Shown: positions 23,677 to 36,423 of the stretch, in pieces
Position numbering within the stretch: the first letter of the stretch is position 1
Layout: every line of letters starts with the position of its first letter
Assembly: GCA_032718475.1 (NCBI GenBank)
Contig: JAUCBJ010006157.1
Coordinates: forward strand, 39,264-103,263
From: Nemertoderma westbladi
Taxonomy: Eukaryota > Animalia > Xenacoelomorpha
DNA length: 64,000 nt
Direction of reading: 5' to 3'
Notes under the pieces: generated by a model
The model's input: the letters and a program-made list of their open reading frames with translations, nothing else
What the model was told of the DNA's origin: nothing
Databases searched by the model: none
Position numbers and translations under genes: made by a program

Positions 23677-26076
23677 TTAGTCTTTCTTGCGCGGACGGCG
23701 TTTACGCAGTTTTTTAAAGCTAGCAAGAGTCTTTTTCTCTTTGGGGCGAGCCACTTTACAAGGAGGGCTATAACTCCTGGGTGAAGGGTGCAATATGATT
23801 GCATCAGAAGGTATGGGATTACGATCGGTATATCCGCCGGTCGAAGTGCCGGGTTGGTTGACTTCAACTTCGGTGGAGAGGGGTCTAACGACCTTTAGAG
23901 CACGTTTTAAGACGGCCGTTCTTACGGGTCCTTTAAGAGTGGTCTGAACGAGAGCCGTAGGTGGACCATAGGCAGTCAGAAACTTCCTTGGTTTAATGGT
24001 TCTTTCCAACTCGCGTTCGCGGGCTTGGTACTCGTAAGGCCGTCGATATACTTCCTGTAACTCGGGGTGCGAGTTGACAAATAAGTCTCCATAATCAGGG
24101 TCTTGACGGATAAAGTTTATTAAGTTGTAAGAATGGATGTCACTAGGGTTAATGCTCCTGAGAAATTTGCGTACATATTTGGTTGAAATACATTCTCCGA
24201 CGCGCTTCAGTAGTTCGTAACTTGATATACGTGATTTCTGCTCGACGGAGGCAAATAAATAAGGATGGAACGCATAAACTCCTTCGTAAGCGCGTCCAGG
24301 GTAATAGCGATGGCGTGAATCACAATGCAAATCAGCGTTCGCTTCCCAAGCTCTGATATAACGTAGTACAATCATTTCATCTACGCTCTCTAAATCATGA
24401 TTAAAGGGACAATCAAAGCTGGTGTGTCCTTTTAATTGACAATGATGGCATTGAGTCATAAATTGGGGGCAGACAGCAAAAATGTGCAAATTATTAAGCC
24501 GGCAATATGCACAATAGATTTCCATCGACGGTTGCTCGTGGAAATAGGAACAGAGATCGTTTGTGTCCATAGACGTAATATGGTCTCTCGACGCGCACAG
24601 CCGACAACGTTGTCGAGAAACATAATTGGCATGGCGATAATCATACGCAGTGAGACACTGTGGACCTTGATACCATTCCAAAATGTAATCGCTGTCGCTA
24701 CTCCGAGGCGTGGGAGGCTGAATCTCTTCGGATTCTAAGCATATGGGTTCGTCTTCTCCTTGTATAGTTGAGGTAGGCATGGCTGTCTCTTCAAGTGGAC
24801 CTACCGTCTGAATTTCCACGACAGAATAACCTGTGGGGATTCGAGGTCTTTGGATAACAGAGGAGTGCAGGTTTGTTATACAAATGTCTTTGAAAATAGC
24901 AAATCCAGCGCTATCTAACTTCTCCGCAGCTGAGTCTCTTAAGCTGAGCTTGGTCAAAGCGCGGTCTTTGAATTGGCTATCCATGTTGCGAAACGGGGTT
25001 AAGAATCGCCGGAAACATTCAAAGCGGATGAATTTATTATGTTCATCTAGCTTAGCGAGTTTGGTCCCAAGGATTAATGGATGGGCGCGTATAGTACGAC
25101 TGCACACATCGGCTAGCCAACCGGAAAGTGCGGTGTTTTCAAAAATCGTGTAGATAGCTAAGGAGGGGCGGAGTGGAACACTCATGAAGCTATACACGGC
25201 GCCAGGTGCGGTCAAAGGTCCGTTAAAGTATAATCGAGAATAATGGTCTCCGTATACTTGTTGATAGTTGATGGGATTTCCGACCTTGAAATTCCATCCG
25301 TATTCTTGAAAAGCAAGATGTCCGATGGAAGTTCGTTGCACCTTTGTAATGTTGCTAGACGTATTGGCATACATGGTGTGAAAGAAACCTCGGCCTTCGG
25401 CCCAGGAAGCAATCAGCTGAGTCTCAACGAAAGGGTATGGAATGTTCTCCATATTCCAGTCGTATGCCTAATATGTCTTCCATTGTTCAAAGCTGTCTGG
25501 GACAACAGGCAGTGGACGATCTGCGGTAAGATACATCATGGTGAAATAGAGTCGTTTGAGTTCTACCATGGGATCATGATGTATACCTTGGGGATATCTA
25601 GTCTCTAGGTTCTGTTGACTGGCAATATTGAGATAGGTTTCTCTCAAAAATTCCAAGTAGTCGATGGAGTTGATGCGCTTATCGGGTTCTTCAACGCTTT
25701 CTCTGTCGAGTAGATTGCGAATAGAGTTCTCGTGTTCTATTCTCGGTTTATCATTACGACTCCGCTGGGTATGATATTTAAAGAGAACCATTTCCCTTTC
25801 GGTGTCTACATCGTCCGTATCATGTAAATCGGTAGGATGGCCGGTAGTCAAGAAGTCCATATACGTACCGTTACGATTCGTATAGCGAGCGGTGAATTTT
25901 CTATAGTCCAATTCACGCGTAAGTTGTTCCTGGGACATCGGCGGTTCGATATAACGACCATCGTCCTCCGTAATAGTCGGATCGGCTTCACCGCGTATCA
26001 AGCTATCCACAAACGCTTGTAAAGGTAGGGTATATCGTTCTCTAATACCAAGGTCATCTTCTATTAATTCCGTCAT
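23677..26076 (-). CDS. Accessory ORF of the BEL element, 800 codons with one in-frame TAG (25468-25470); three zinc-knuckle motifs and a basic C-terminus
   Basis: The 202-aa and 591-aa ORFs share a frame (..KTY*AYDWNMENI..); motifs CRLCASRDH, CAYCRLNNLHIFAVC, CHHCQLKGHTSFDC; ends KKLRKRRPRKKD. Confidence 0.7.
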
Positions 26077-26889
26077 ATCTGCTATCGGAGTTTATTAATA
26101 TTAGTATGAGTCAGTATTTAGGCAAGCGGGCGTCGCTGCCTACTATTCTTTGCCCCCGGACAGTGGGTTTCTCAGCGCCGATGTACCGTTGTCGCGGTGT
26201 TTACGCCAACATGTAGCAACAGCACGACAACGATAATCGACACAAGTCCCACCACTGTCCGTCCCAAAGGCTTGAATCCACTTGAGGTTATCTCGGTAGA
26301 GTTAGGCTACTTTACAATTGCGATTAGCTACTGTAAACACACTTTAGTAGTATCATTCACCTATAAACGCACAAATTCCATACAATCATTACTTACTGCA
26401 CACATGCAGGCCATTTTGTCCGTTAGTCAGTGTCTTCCAGAATGTCACGTTATTACTATGTATCCTTGGATACTAATAGTGCGCTATGTATTCTCTTATG
26501 CTACGCAATGGGGCAAGCTTTTATTGTTCCTTTAACTTGCTTCTAATTCTAGCGTGGGTGTTGCCATGGTGACATTATGGAAAACTAGCGGTAGAATTAG
26601 GGTAATTCTCATGCATACAGATCTGGGATGCTATTTAATAGTAATTCTTTAATTGTCAATATCCTCTTTATGCATGATTTTATAAATTTTATCGGCTATT
26701 GACTATATGTTGGAGATTCTCGCACACTAATACACTCAATAAGATGAATCTCCGCTCCCATGATCTATTAATTAATGGAATTTTGGGAATGTTATAAATT
26801 GTACAAAATGACAATTTATGAAATTCATTTAAAATATGAATTTAAATTTATTCCCGTGAATTTTATTATTTGATGTTAAAATTGACACA

Positions 26890-27185
26890 ATTTGATTCCA
26901 GAGCAGGTCTGGGGACATAGGATCCTTAATTCTATGAAATTTGTCTTTTAAGAGTATCGGTAAGGGCTACGATATCTTAATCGACTAGAATTGTTAACGG
27001 ATCTGAATTTTACAGATTTTAATAAATATTAAATTAATATTTAAGATGGGCACCGATTTATTCCAGAACTTGTCTGGGGACGTTAACCACTGATTCTAGA
27101 ATTTGTCTTTCAAGTATATCGGTGGGTGCCACGATATCTTAATCGACTAGAATTACAGATGGTCAAAAGGTTTAACAGATTTATT
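26890..27185. repeat. Diverged ~165-bp direct duplication in the BEL inter-ORF region
   Basis: GTCTGGGGAC..ATTTGTCTTT..ACGATATCTTAATCGACTAGAATT present twice. Confidence 0.75.
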
Positions 27186-27704
27186 TGCGTTTTACGCTAC
27201 TGTTAGAGGGACATCACGCTACTATATGTATTATTTGAAATAAGGTAGAAGAGCAATATCGCACGAAGCAATGTCAGTGTGAAGAGGCAAGTCGTTTCCA
27301 AGGTCTACCCAGAGCTTGGTTTAGCCGAGACACGAGGATCTGAACTTTGCATTCCTAATACTCTGCCTACCAATAATACTTAAATATAGTAGTGGCTTTA
27401 TTGTACTTTAATAAGTACTGACATGTCATCTTACTATAGTCACGTATTTATAATATGATACGGACAGTAAGGAAAGAGAAAAAATAATTATTTCTCGCCG
27501 TCGCACTAAATATATATTATAAATAATTACATACGTAATAAACACTAATATATTGCACTAATCTACTAAATAATCCCTAAAATAACATTCTACTAAATAA
27601 AATTAAAGAAAACGATTATAATAAAATTACATAATAATACATACATAAATATAAAATAAAAACAAATATAAAATGATATAGTCACACGCCCACTCCACAT
27701 GCTA

Positions 27705-30700
27705 TCATGTTATGGAGTCCCTAGATATTTGTCGGATTAGGGAAGTAGTCGTAGGAAGAGTATCTTGCCTTCCATAGTTTCCGGACAGTTTTCGGTCTCT
27801 TTCCAGTAAACATAAACGACTAGCTGGGCGATTGAGTTGTTGTGTTACTTTCTCCGCTCCCTTGGCCTGTCTAACCTCCGCCGTGGTAAGATGAGGAGGC
27901 CATTCTTCTTCTTCTTTACTTAAGAAGTCGGATCCACCTAACCAGCCTGGAGTATCTATTAGTTCTTGAGGAGTTGCTCCTCTGGAAGCGATGTCGGCTG
28001 GATTAATCGTCCCAAGGCAATGTCTCCATTGATCTACATTGGAGTTAATATCGTCATTATCTGAGGAGTATGGTGTTCCCTCAGTTGGATCGTCCACATC
28101 ACTGCTCTCCACTTCCCTATCGTTGACTTGATATATTTGTTCGTGTGGCATTCTCTCTTCGAGAGTTCTACGGGAAGGGCCAGTAAAGTACCAACCTACT
28201 CTAGTTCTTACCGCATAGGTTTGCAGTGGCTGTGGTTGAGCAGGCCGTTTCTCCAATGTCTCAAGCGCCTCGTGCGCGTTTTGGCCGATGAGTATTTGCA
28301 CTCCAGGATAATCTGTCTGGAATCGAGGTATCTTAAGATGTTGGATGCTCTCATTCTCGTCCCAATTATAAAGGTCTGCTTGAGTAGTAGCGAAGTTCTT
28401 TATAGCCACCATTTTTACTGACCTTATACCTTGTGTTCCTAACTTATCCTGGGGGGTGGACAACACACCTACATAGTAATCTGCCGTCAGGGTAGATTTC
28501 CAAACCTGCATAATTCCTGACATATTCAATTTAGTCCGGAACTTGGGTTGTCCAGTAAAGATATCTTCGGCTAGTTCTTGATCGATGAATGTTCCTGTGC
28601 TGCCGGAGTCCAGGAGGGCGTTCACTATGTAACTTTTGTTAAGACCATGAACTCTTACCTGCACTACAGGAAATTCTCTGATTCCTACGTTGGAAGTTGG
28701 AGCTTTCCAAGATGGTTGTTTGGCGAAAGTAGTTGGGGGAAACTCATCGTTGATGTCCTTTTCGTAAGTAAGTGCTCGATACACTGCGGTATTTATTAGA
28801 TAACAGGATTCATTGGCGTCGGAGAATTCGTCAGTATAGAATCCTTCCATCTCAGACTCCTGATCAGTGTCATTTACATCACTGAATTGGACATGTAGTT
28901 CGGGCTCACTTACCTGACTCTGTTTGTCTCGTTCGAACTCACTGTGTAACAAGATGTGATGTTTCACGCCACACTTTGCACACTTTATGTCGGAGTAACA
29001 GGTTCGCCGTTGGTGTCCTGGTCTGAGGCAATTATAGCATAACCGCTTGTCCTACACGACTGTACGTCTGTCTACCAGGGATTTCTTTAGAAATTCAGCA
29101 CACGCACTCAAACGGTGGGTCCCGTCGCACAGCGCACAGTTAGGTTTTATGTTACTCACTTTACCTTGGGTAGCTTGATGCACTCTCGTTTTTTCTTCGG
29201 GTTTTCTTCGGTGCATTCTGTTAGGAGACTGAGGAGGGGTCTTGGCAACCTGTTCTCTCCTATCGTTGTTTCGAGCCTTGTATTTACTTAAGTCCTTTGA
29301 GGTTTTGTCAACGTAGTAAGATCGTTCTGTATCCTTTCCGCTGTCCTCTTCTTGAGAAGCTTGGCTTTCGCCGTCGTCAGTGTAACACACCGGTGTTACT
29401 CTTCTCCTAGAAGCGGGTTTCTCACTTACCTTATTTTCCGATGTTTTCTCTCTGGACTGCTTGATGAGTTGTAGTTTTACTTCACCATCTAAGAAAGACA
29501 TGAGATCAGCCATGGTAGGACTTCGTCGTTGTTGTTCATTCATGTACAACACTTTCTTGTCCCAGCGTGTACATACTCCGCCTTTTGGTAAAGTAGAGAC
29601 TACGGCTCCAATAACCATGGAACTCTGATATTCATGCGACTTACCTAACCAGTCCAGTTGTCTACAGATCTCTTGAATTTCATCGGAAAACTCTATAATC
29701 CCGCTACTAAGGAAGTGTCGGGGGGCTACTAATTTTGCATACAAATACTTAGCTATGTTATCCTTGTTACCATACCTGATATTTAATGTATCCCAAACTT
29801 GTCTTAATCCATCTGGATGTCCAATAAACTTTAACGCCATTAACTTGGGAGGTCCTTCCAAGCACTTGATGAGGAATCTAAGTTTCTCTCCGTTAGATAG
29901 TACAGAGTTCTGTATGCTATCTTTGTAATATTCGTTGAAAGGTAACCATTTCATCTCATCTCCATTGAATTTGACGATCTCTCCCACTTTGACCGCTTGG
30001 CGGGCTTCTGTTCTAGCCATCTGACGCGTAAAGCTTTCTTGGGCCATCGTGTTATTTAATATCGAATTATCGGTATATAAATTTCCTGGATTATTATCAG
30101 GTCTATAGGGAATATCATTAACAATAGGTTTATAATCACCCTTAATAGGGTTTGCTATAGGAGTTCCTACTTCACTAGCAGTATAGATGCGTGTAGGCTC
30201 CACACCTTGCGCATGTAATACTTCAGACCTAACAGGTTGACACAAGGTTACAGGGGGTATTGGTATGCCCTTTTGTATATTGACTAATTTGTCGCGTTCC
30301 AGTGCGATACTTTGCTGCACTTCTTGCAACTCTGCTCTACTTTCCCTTACTGTTCCCTTAAGCTGGTGGACAGTCTCCTGCATCTGTCCGAGCAGGAGAT
30401 TCATCCCCCGCCGTCCCTCCTCTACCCACTCAACCGCCGAAGCGGGAGTCGCCAACATAGTAGCGGGCTGACGCGGGACGACGGGAGACAAATCTTTGAT
30501 TTCTCTCTCTGCTATCCGGACAGGGATATTCTCTTGGACTGTTCTACCGGGTACAGGGAGTGTAGTACTATGTAAAGGGAATTTAGAGTTAAGCTCTGGA
30601 AGTACAGGGGTCTCTAATACAGGGGTGACTTTTGGAACGACAGGCCTAATTATTTCAGGCTCATCAACTATAGTAGGGAGTCTTTTGACCTTAATAATTT

Positions 30701-32342
30701 GGTCTGTAGGTTCTATACTACTCAAGTCTGTGCTAGCTAGCTGTCTTCTGACAGCTGGGGGCAAATCAGGCAATTTGCGACGGTAAGATGTTTTTCTACG
30801 CCTGCTTAGATGAGATCTATTTCCTCCGCCTTCAGGATCGGTGGTCTCGCCTTCCTCCGAGGATGTGTATCCCTGGCGCTTGGGAGTAGATTTTCTCATC
30901 ATCTGCATTTGATTAGCGTTAAACTGTTTATTTATGCTGTCTTGCGTCTCTTGCAGATTTTCCAACTCCAGTTGGATAGTCTCCTCAGAAGCTCTCCGTT
31001 CTGCTTCTGCCACTGCTGCTTTTCTTTCTGCTTCTGCTTCTGCCGCCTTTCTTTCGGCTTCTGCTTTTGCCGCTTTTCTTTCGGCTTCTGCTTCTGCCGC
31101 CTTTCTTTCGGCTTCGGCTTCTGCCGCTTTTCTTTCGGCTTCTGCTTCTGCCGCCGCTGCTGCTGCCACCTTTCTTTTCTCTATCCGTTCTTTCTTTACT
31201 TGTTCTTCTCGGACTCTAGTGAGGCGGAGTTTTTCATCAAATTCAGCTTGGTTTGCAGCTAACATTTCCGCATCGATTGAGTCCAACACAAGCTTAGTTC
31301 CTTCACTATTAGGGGAAAGCCCAGACAGCCGTCTCCTCAACTCATCGTCTCCTAGAAATCGCTGATAGTCGGACAGATAAATGTCGATAGTGTCTCTAGT
31401 TCGCGGTTTCTCTGCGGTCTCTTCGCTTTCCGCTTGAGAAAGGGTGGCATAAGTTGGTTCTTCATAGGTTGATCTCTCAGCCAGCTGGGATTTCCACTGG
31501 GCCGTTTCCTGTACTTTGAGACCTACCCGATGGAACCAAGTTTTGACAGCAACCTGCAGCGACGTGTCCTGTTTTCTTTTGGAAGTTTCCTCAAAGGCTG
31601 ATAGGATTAGTCGAATGCGTAGGGTTCTTTCACGTACTTGGTATAGCAGCTCTTCCTGCTCTTGAGGTCCTTGGGGTTGTCGAAACAGTTGTTCTTCCAA
31701 TCTCTCCAAGGAGCTGAAGAATCCCTGCACATATCCTGCTGCCGACCTCTTCCAAACAGCTGGATCCATTGTATCTTTAGCCACTCCCATCCTGTGTATA
31801 TCTTCCCAAGTAGCCTCGGACAGATCCAACGGGAGTCCGAGTCCGGGAAAGTTCCATTGTGACTCGACAATAGACATCAATTCTTCCCTGGCGTATCCCG
31901 CATGATTATCTTGGGTTGCTCGCTTATTTCTCGCCCAGTCGGCTTGATGTTCCTCCACCGCAATGAATATGGTAGTTAGCACTGCAGCAGGAAGGGTGAG
32001 AAGGGGGTCCGAGTAGACTGTAGTAGTCATCTGCACTCCACGTTCGGGGGTCAGCTCTACAGTATCCGAACTACTGGAGCTATCGGGTCGCTGGGAACTA
32101 GGTTCGTGAACAAGATGTTGCTGCGATAGGACAGCTGCCTCTTGGTTCCGTTTGACCTGGGCCCGAGTGCCTATGATGGACCTATGGTGGATTAGCCTAG
32201 GGTCTGATACTACTGGAGGGATGACCTTTCTTACAGTAGGAGGTGAACTGAACTCTTTTCTTAATCGCTCCACACTCCTATCTGTGTCACAGATGGTTGT
32301 ATCGATTAGACTGTCTGACAGGTTTTTCTGAGTGTCAGACAT
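27705..32342 (-). CDS. BEL/Pao gag-protease polyprotein, 1546 codons with in-frame TAG at 29052-29054; RT and integrase core deleted
   Basis: DUF1759-type FNGDEMKWLPF..LSNGEKLRFL; knuckles CALCDGTHRLSAC * CYNCLRPGHQRRTC and CAKCGVKHHILLH; NALLDSGS protease; RTRVGW; WRHCLGTINPADIASRG (RNase H end); LNRPASRLCLLE (pol C-terminus). Confidence 0.85.
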
Positions 32343-32419
32343 GTTTAGCTATACAGTTGAATGCTTACTGCTATAGTTACAGTTAAAGCAAGTCTAGTAA
32401 TTCAGTATGACCGTTGGCC

Positions 32420-32700
32420 TAGTACCGGTAATTTATTGCAGTATATTAGAATACCGGCATACACTTATAGTATATATAAGTATTGTAAACTAGGTTTGTC
32501 ACAGAGTACCGGTATATAAATTTAGCACAAATATATAAATATATAATAGGCCTATCGTGAATACCGGTATACAGCTTACACTTATAATATATATAAGTAT
32601 AATTATGAACTAGAATTAATTACAGAGTACCGGTATGATTTCAGCTCAAATTTATAGAAATAAATATAATAAGCCTATGGTAAATACCGGTATGTCAATT
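32420..32700. repeat. Diverged ~120-bp tandem repeat with TACCGGTA cores in the BEL leader
   Basis: ACAGAGTACCGGTAT and AATACCGG blocks recur at ~120-bp spacing. Confidence 0.6.
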
Positions 32701-33654
32701 ATTTTAGAATAATTGAATTTCTGAATATTTTAGGGTTACTTGGTTACTTTAACTTACTTTGTTACTGTTATTTAAGCAGTAGTCCAACTGATATTGAGAC
32801 CTAGTTGTTGTATGGCAGGCCTACTATTTATAAATCGTTTGAGTTGATTTATAATATTTATATACCCGTTTAAAAGGGTTTTTTCAATATTTGAAATAAA
32901 TGTTATTATTTCTGGGGTCACTACACAGAAGCTGTGCGCTCTCAGTGAAGTGCTATTTATTTGACACTAAAACTGATAATTCTAATTTACTTAAGTTACT
33001 TAATACTACAAATTACTTACGATATGGGTGAGATTAAATCTCTAATTAAACACAACAAAAATATTACGTACGAAATTTTAGGGTAATTTTACAGGGAAAC
33101 TACAAACCAGTCTAACAAAGGGTTAGAACTTCTGGTTATTACAACGGACAGGGTAATACGGTATTTGAAATAATAAGTAGTAGTAAATATATTGCACTGT
33201 CCAGATAGGAAAATACCACCGCCTGACGACCTATAGCCGTTTCGCTATAGGTACTACGTTATGTATCACGGAATGTTCCTACCCAGAAGTTAATAGAGCT
33301 AACGAATGTGCCTATCAACCACTTTACAACACAAATATACTGCCTACACACTAATTACTTTCGGAAAGCACTGTACACTAAACCCTAAATTAGGTACAAG
33401 TACTCGTACAACAAATAATCAGTAGTTAAATATACTTGAACAGTTAAAAGAACCACGGCATCTGCTGGAGTGACCAGAGCACAAAGTCACCAGTCTTGTC
33501 CTACGCCAAGCAGCCCGTGTAGTACCGGGGTTAATTTAACTATAACGGTATGTGTAACAAACACAATTACTGTAGGAATAAACTTGGGGACATGAATGTT
33601 GCGAATAATCGCATAAACTCTGAATAATAAATATTACGCTACCCGTACAGAATA

Positions 33655-34147
33655 CTCAAACAAATACAAACCAAAGCGCTGGCAGACTACCACCAAGCCT
33701 AAATAAACTACCGTACGTGTAGATTCTGAAATGGTTAGTTAGTATGCGTTCTAACACGGTAGTACGACTTATTCTTTAAGAGGGGATTGACCTTACAGCA
33801 TATGGCTGCCCCAACTTACTAACCGCACTTTATCAGACAAACTCCACACACGCAGCAATCTCTTCAGACCTAATAATAGCTAGACAACAATCCAGTCTAC
33901 AAATATCTGAGTAATAACTATTACGGTACCTGAACAGATCACACAAACAAACACAGACCAAAACGCTGGCAGAATACTGTCAAGCCTAAATAAACTACAG
34001 TATGTGCAGATTCCAAAATAGTTAGTTAGTATGCGTTCTAACACGGTAGTACGACTTATTCTTTAAGAGGGGATTGACCTTACAGCATATGGCTGCCCCA
34101 ACTTACTAACGGCACTTTATCAGACAAACTCTACACACGCCGTAATC
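33655..34147. repeat. ~200-bp direct duplication (period ~290-300 bp) in the BEL leader
   Basis: GTTAGTTAGTATGCGTTCTAACACGG...CCCCAACTTACTAAC identical at ~33733 and ~34021. Confidence 0.85.
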
Positions 34148-35727
34148 TTTCCAAAAAGGTTTTTCTGGGTTTCTGGTTTCAATGAAATATATACGAGTTG
34201 CTACAAGCGTATCGAACTTGTATTTTTCGGTGCTGTGTGCAAATTTTGGTGCTAGCATGAAATTTTGAAAATCCATTCAATAAATAAAATTGCTTGTGAC
34301 AATTAATTTCTTGCGTTTTAGAAGTTTAAGGCTGTTCTGAATTCAATGGAATATATAATACTCGAACTAGACATCTGAAACTTGTATTTTTCGGAAGTGG
34401 GTGCAAAATATGGTGCTACTGTGTAGCACCAAATCTTGAAAACCATCAAATATATAAATAGATTGTGTCACCTTGTTTCTTGCGTTATACGGTTTTGTGA
34501 GGGTTCCGAATTCAATGGAATCAGTAAAAATTTCATAAGAGTTTTCAAACTTGTATTTTTCGCTGGGGGTGAAAATTGTTGTGCCAGCACCAAATTTTGG
34601 AAAATAGGCAAATTGATCAGTAGATAGTATCATCTTGTTTCCTGCGTTATACGGGTTTATGAGGGTCCTGAATCCGATGGAATCAATAAAAACAGCACTG
34701 GACATCGTAAATTTGTACTTTTTGGTGATGGGTACGAAATTTGGTGCTAGCACCAAAATTTGCCAAATCACGCCGAAAAATACAAGTAGCAACGATCTGG
34801 CATATTATAAATGTATTCCATTAGAATCAGCGCCCTACAAAAACCTGAAAATGTGAATTTATAGCATCGTATAAGTGAATTAAAACTGTTGTGTTCTAAC
34901 TGAAAAGTGCTGGTTATTTGTTTTTTTCATTTTTTTCCTACGCAGAGAGGACTAAACAGCCATTTATAGTAATCATATCATTTTTAAATATTTTCCAATG
35001 TATTTTGCACCCCAGAAAACCTGTATTGAAAAACAATTAGCCGAAAAATGTAACTTTCAAATTTTGTGAAAATTGTGCACTACTTGTAATTTTGGTGCTG
35101 CAATATAACCACCCCAGTACATTTTTTCGAAATTTTTTTTTTCGGTCGGATCCAGGCTAGTGTTACCTACGTACAAACAAAAAATCAGACCTTTTTGTAA
35201 AAATTTGTAGATTTTAGGGGGGGGGGGGGGGGGGTCGGTCTATATGACCCCCTCCCCCCGGTATTTGTACAACATTTTATAGCCCGGTACTAATAGGGTT
35301 AATACTGTTGGTTTTCCCAATCTACAATTTTTATTGACAAACCCCAGGACGCGTCTTTGAAATGAGGAATAACAACACTAATTGTCTCCGATGCGCGAAA
35401 TACAGACCATATTTGTCTGCTTTTACAGCATTTAGCCATATTCTCAGAGAAGACGATTGTGGGAATCGTCTACTTTTCGGGTTCTCCATAATTCTTAACC
35501 CTTTTCGTAACCTTCAACTAAATAACAATGGTGTGTTGATTGAGGGGGGGGGGGGGGGGGGGGGGGGTATGCCAATATGCTACCAGCTGATGGGTCACCA
35601 CGTCCTGTGAATAGAACCAGAAAATTACGTTAGTGAGACTTTTTTACAGTATATTTTGTTTATAAAATAATAATTGAATCGGTTGTAACAACTTTTTGGA
35701 TTTTGTCAGGGATGCAAAAGGTCATGA

Positions 35728-36423
35728 TTGACATCTACAAAGGTTGAGACTACACTCAAAACCGGTCTAACAGCGATTAACAACGAAATAGTTGGTTGGC
35801 GACAGGAGAGAGTTATCGAGGATTCCTCCGCAAACCCTTGTGAGTGGTCACAAGTGGTGGGGAAGAAGAAACGACTCCACTCCGACTCCTCACATGCAGA
35901 TAAACTCACTGCTGAAGACGTTGAGAAAGAGGTAAAGGAACAACGGGAAAAGGAGCGAAATATAATAATAAACGGTCTCGCGGTACCAGATTCAAGATTG
36001 GATGACCTTGAAACTGTCAACAAATTCCTAATCGAAGGTTTCCAACTTCACTCGGAGCAGCCAGCTGTTGAAGTTCTGTTCAGACGACCCCAGCGCGGTA
36101 CGAGGTCATCAATGTATATTGTTAAACTATCGTCAACTGACTGTAGAGCTAAGATTATTAAAACGAAGAACAAACTCCGGGAATCTTCCCAGCACGCTAA
36201 TGTCTATGTCTCGCTAGACTTGACAAAGCTACAGTCGAGTCAGGCATTCATTAAACGACAGACACGGCGCGAATCTGGCAGATACGGATCTGAATACAGA
36301 CGTGGCAGGCCGACAAGTAACGAACAACCGTCGGACACAGCAACGTATTTACGTGGATCGGTTGGTAGTGCTGGTACCTCTACTCTCCAGGCGGGATCAA
36401 CATCCATCCAGGAAAACGAATAG
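35728..36423 (+). CDS. LINE ORF1 (probably 5'-truncated)
   Basis: WSQVVGKKK, EKERNIIINGL, MYIVKL, VYVSLDLT are typical of CR1-group ORF1p. Confidence 0.75.
   Translation: MTSTKVETTLKTGLTAINNEIVGWRQERVIEDSSANPCEWSQVVGKKKRLHSDSSHADKLTAEDVEKEVKEQREKERNIIINGLAVPDSRLDDLETVNKFLIEGFQLHSEQPAVEVLFRRPQRGTRSSMYIVKLSSTDCRAKIIKTKNKLRESSQHANVYVSLDLTKLQSSQAFIKRQTRRESGRYGSEYRRGRPTSNEQPSDTATYLRGSVGSAGTSTLQAGSTSIQENE

Larger units (their letters stand above)
22426..34158 (-). mobile_element. Non-autonomous BEL/Pao LTR retrotransposon derivative (gag-protease, RT/IN deleted, extra ORF, one visible LTR)
   Basis: BEL-type gag, three zinc knuckles, DSG protease, RNase H and integrase C-terminal remnants; candidate PPT and 3' LTR; long repeat-rich 5' leader at 32343-34158. 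Confidence 0.8.
22013..35298. mobile_element. piggyBac-like non-autonomous element (TTAA flanks), split by the BEL insertion into 22013-22425 and ~34159-35298
   Basis: TTAA|CTCTATTAAACCGGG ... CCCGGTACTAATAGGG|TTAA; both halves share the internal GTGCCAGCACCAAATTTTG repeat. Confidence 0.65.

Noticed and set aside
23677-26076. Env gene of an endogenous retrovirus
   Set aside because: No signal peptide, fusion peptide or transmembrane anchor visible; zinc knuckles and a basic tail instead.
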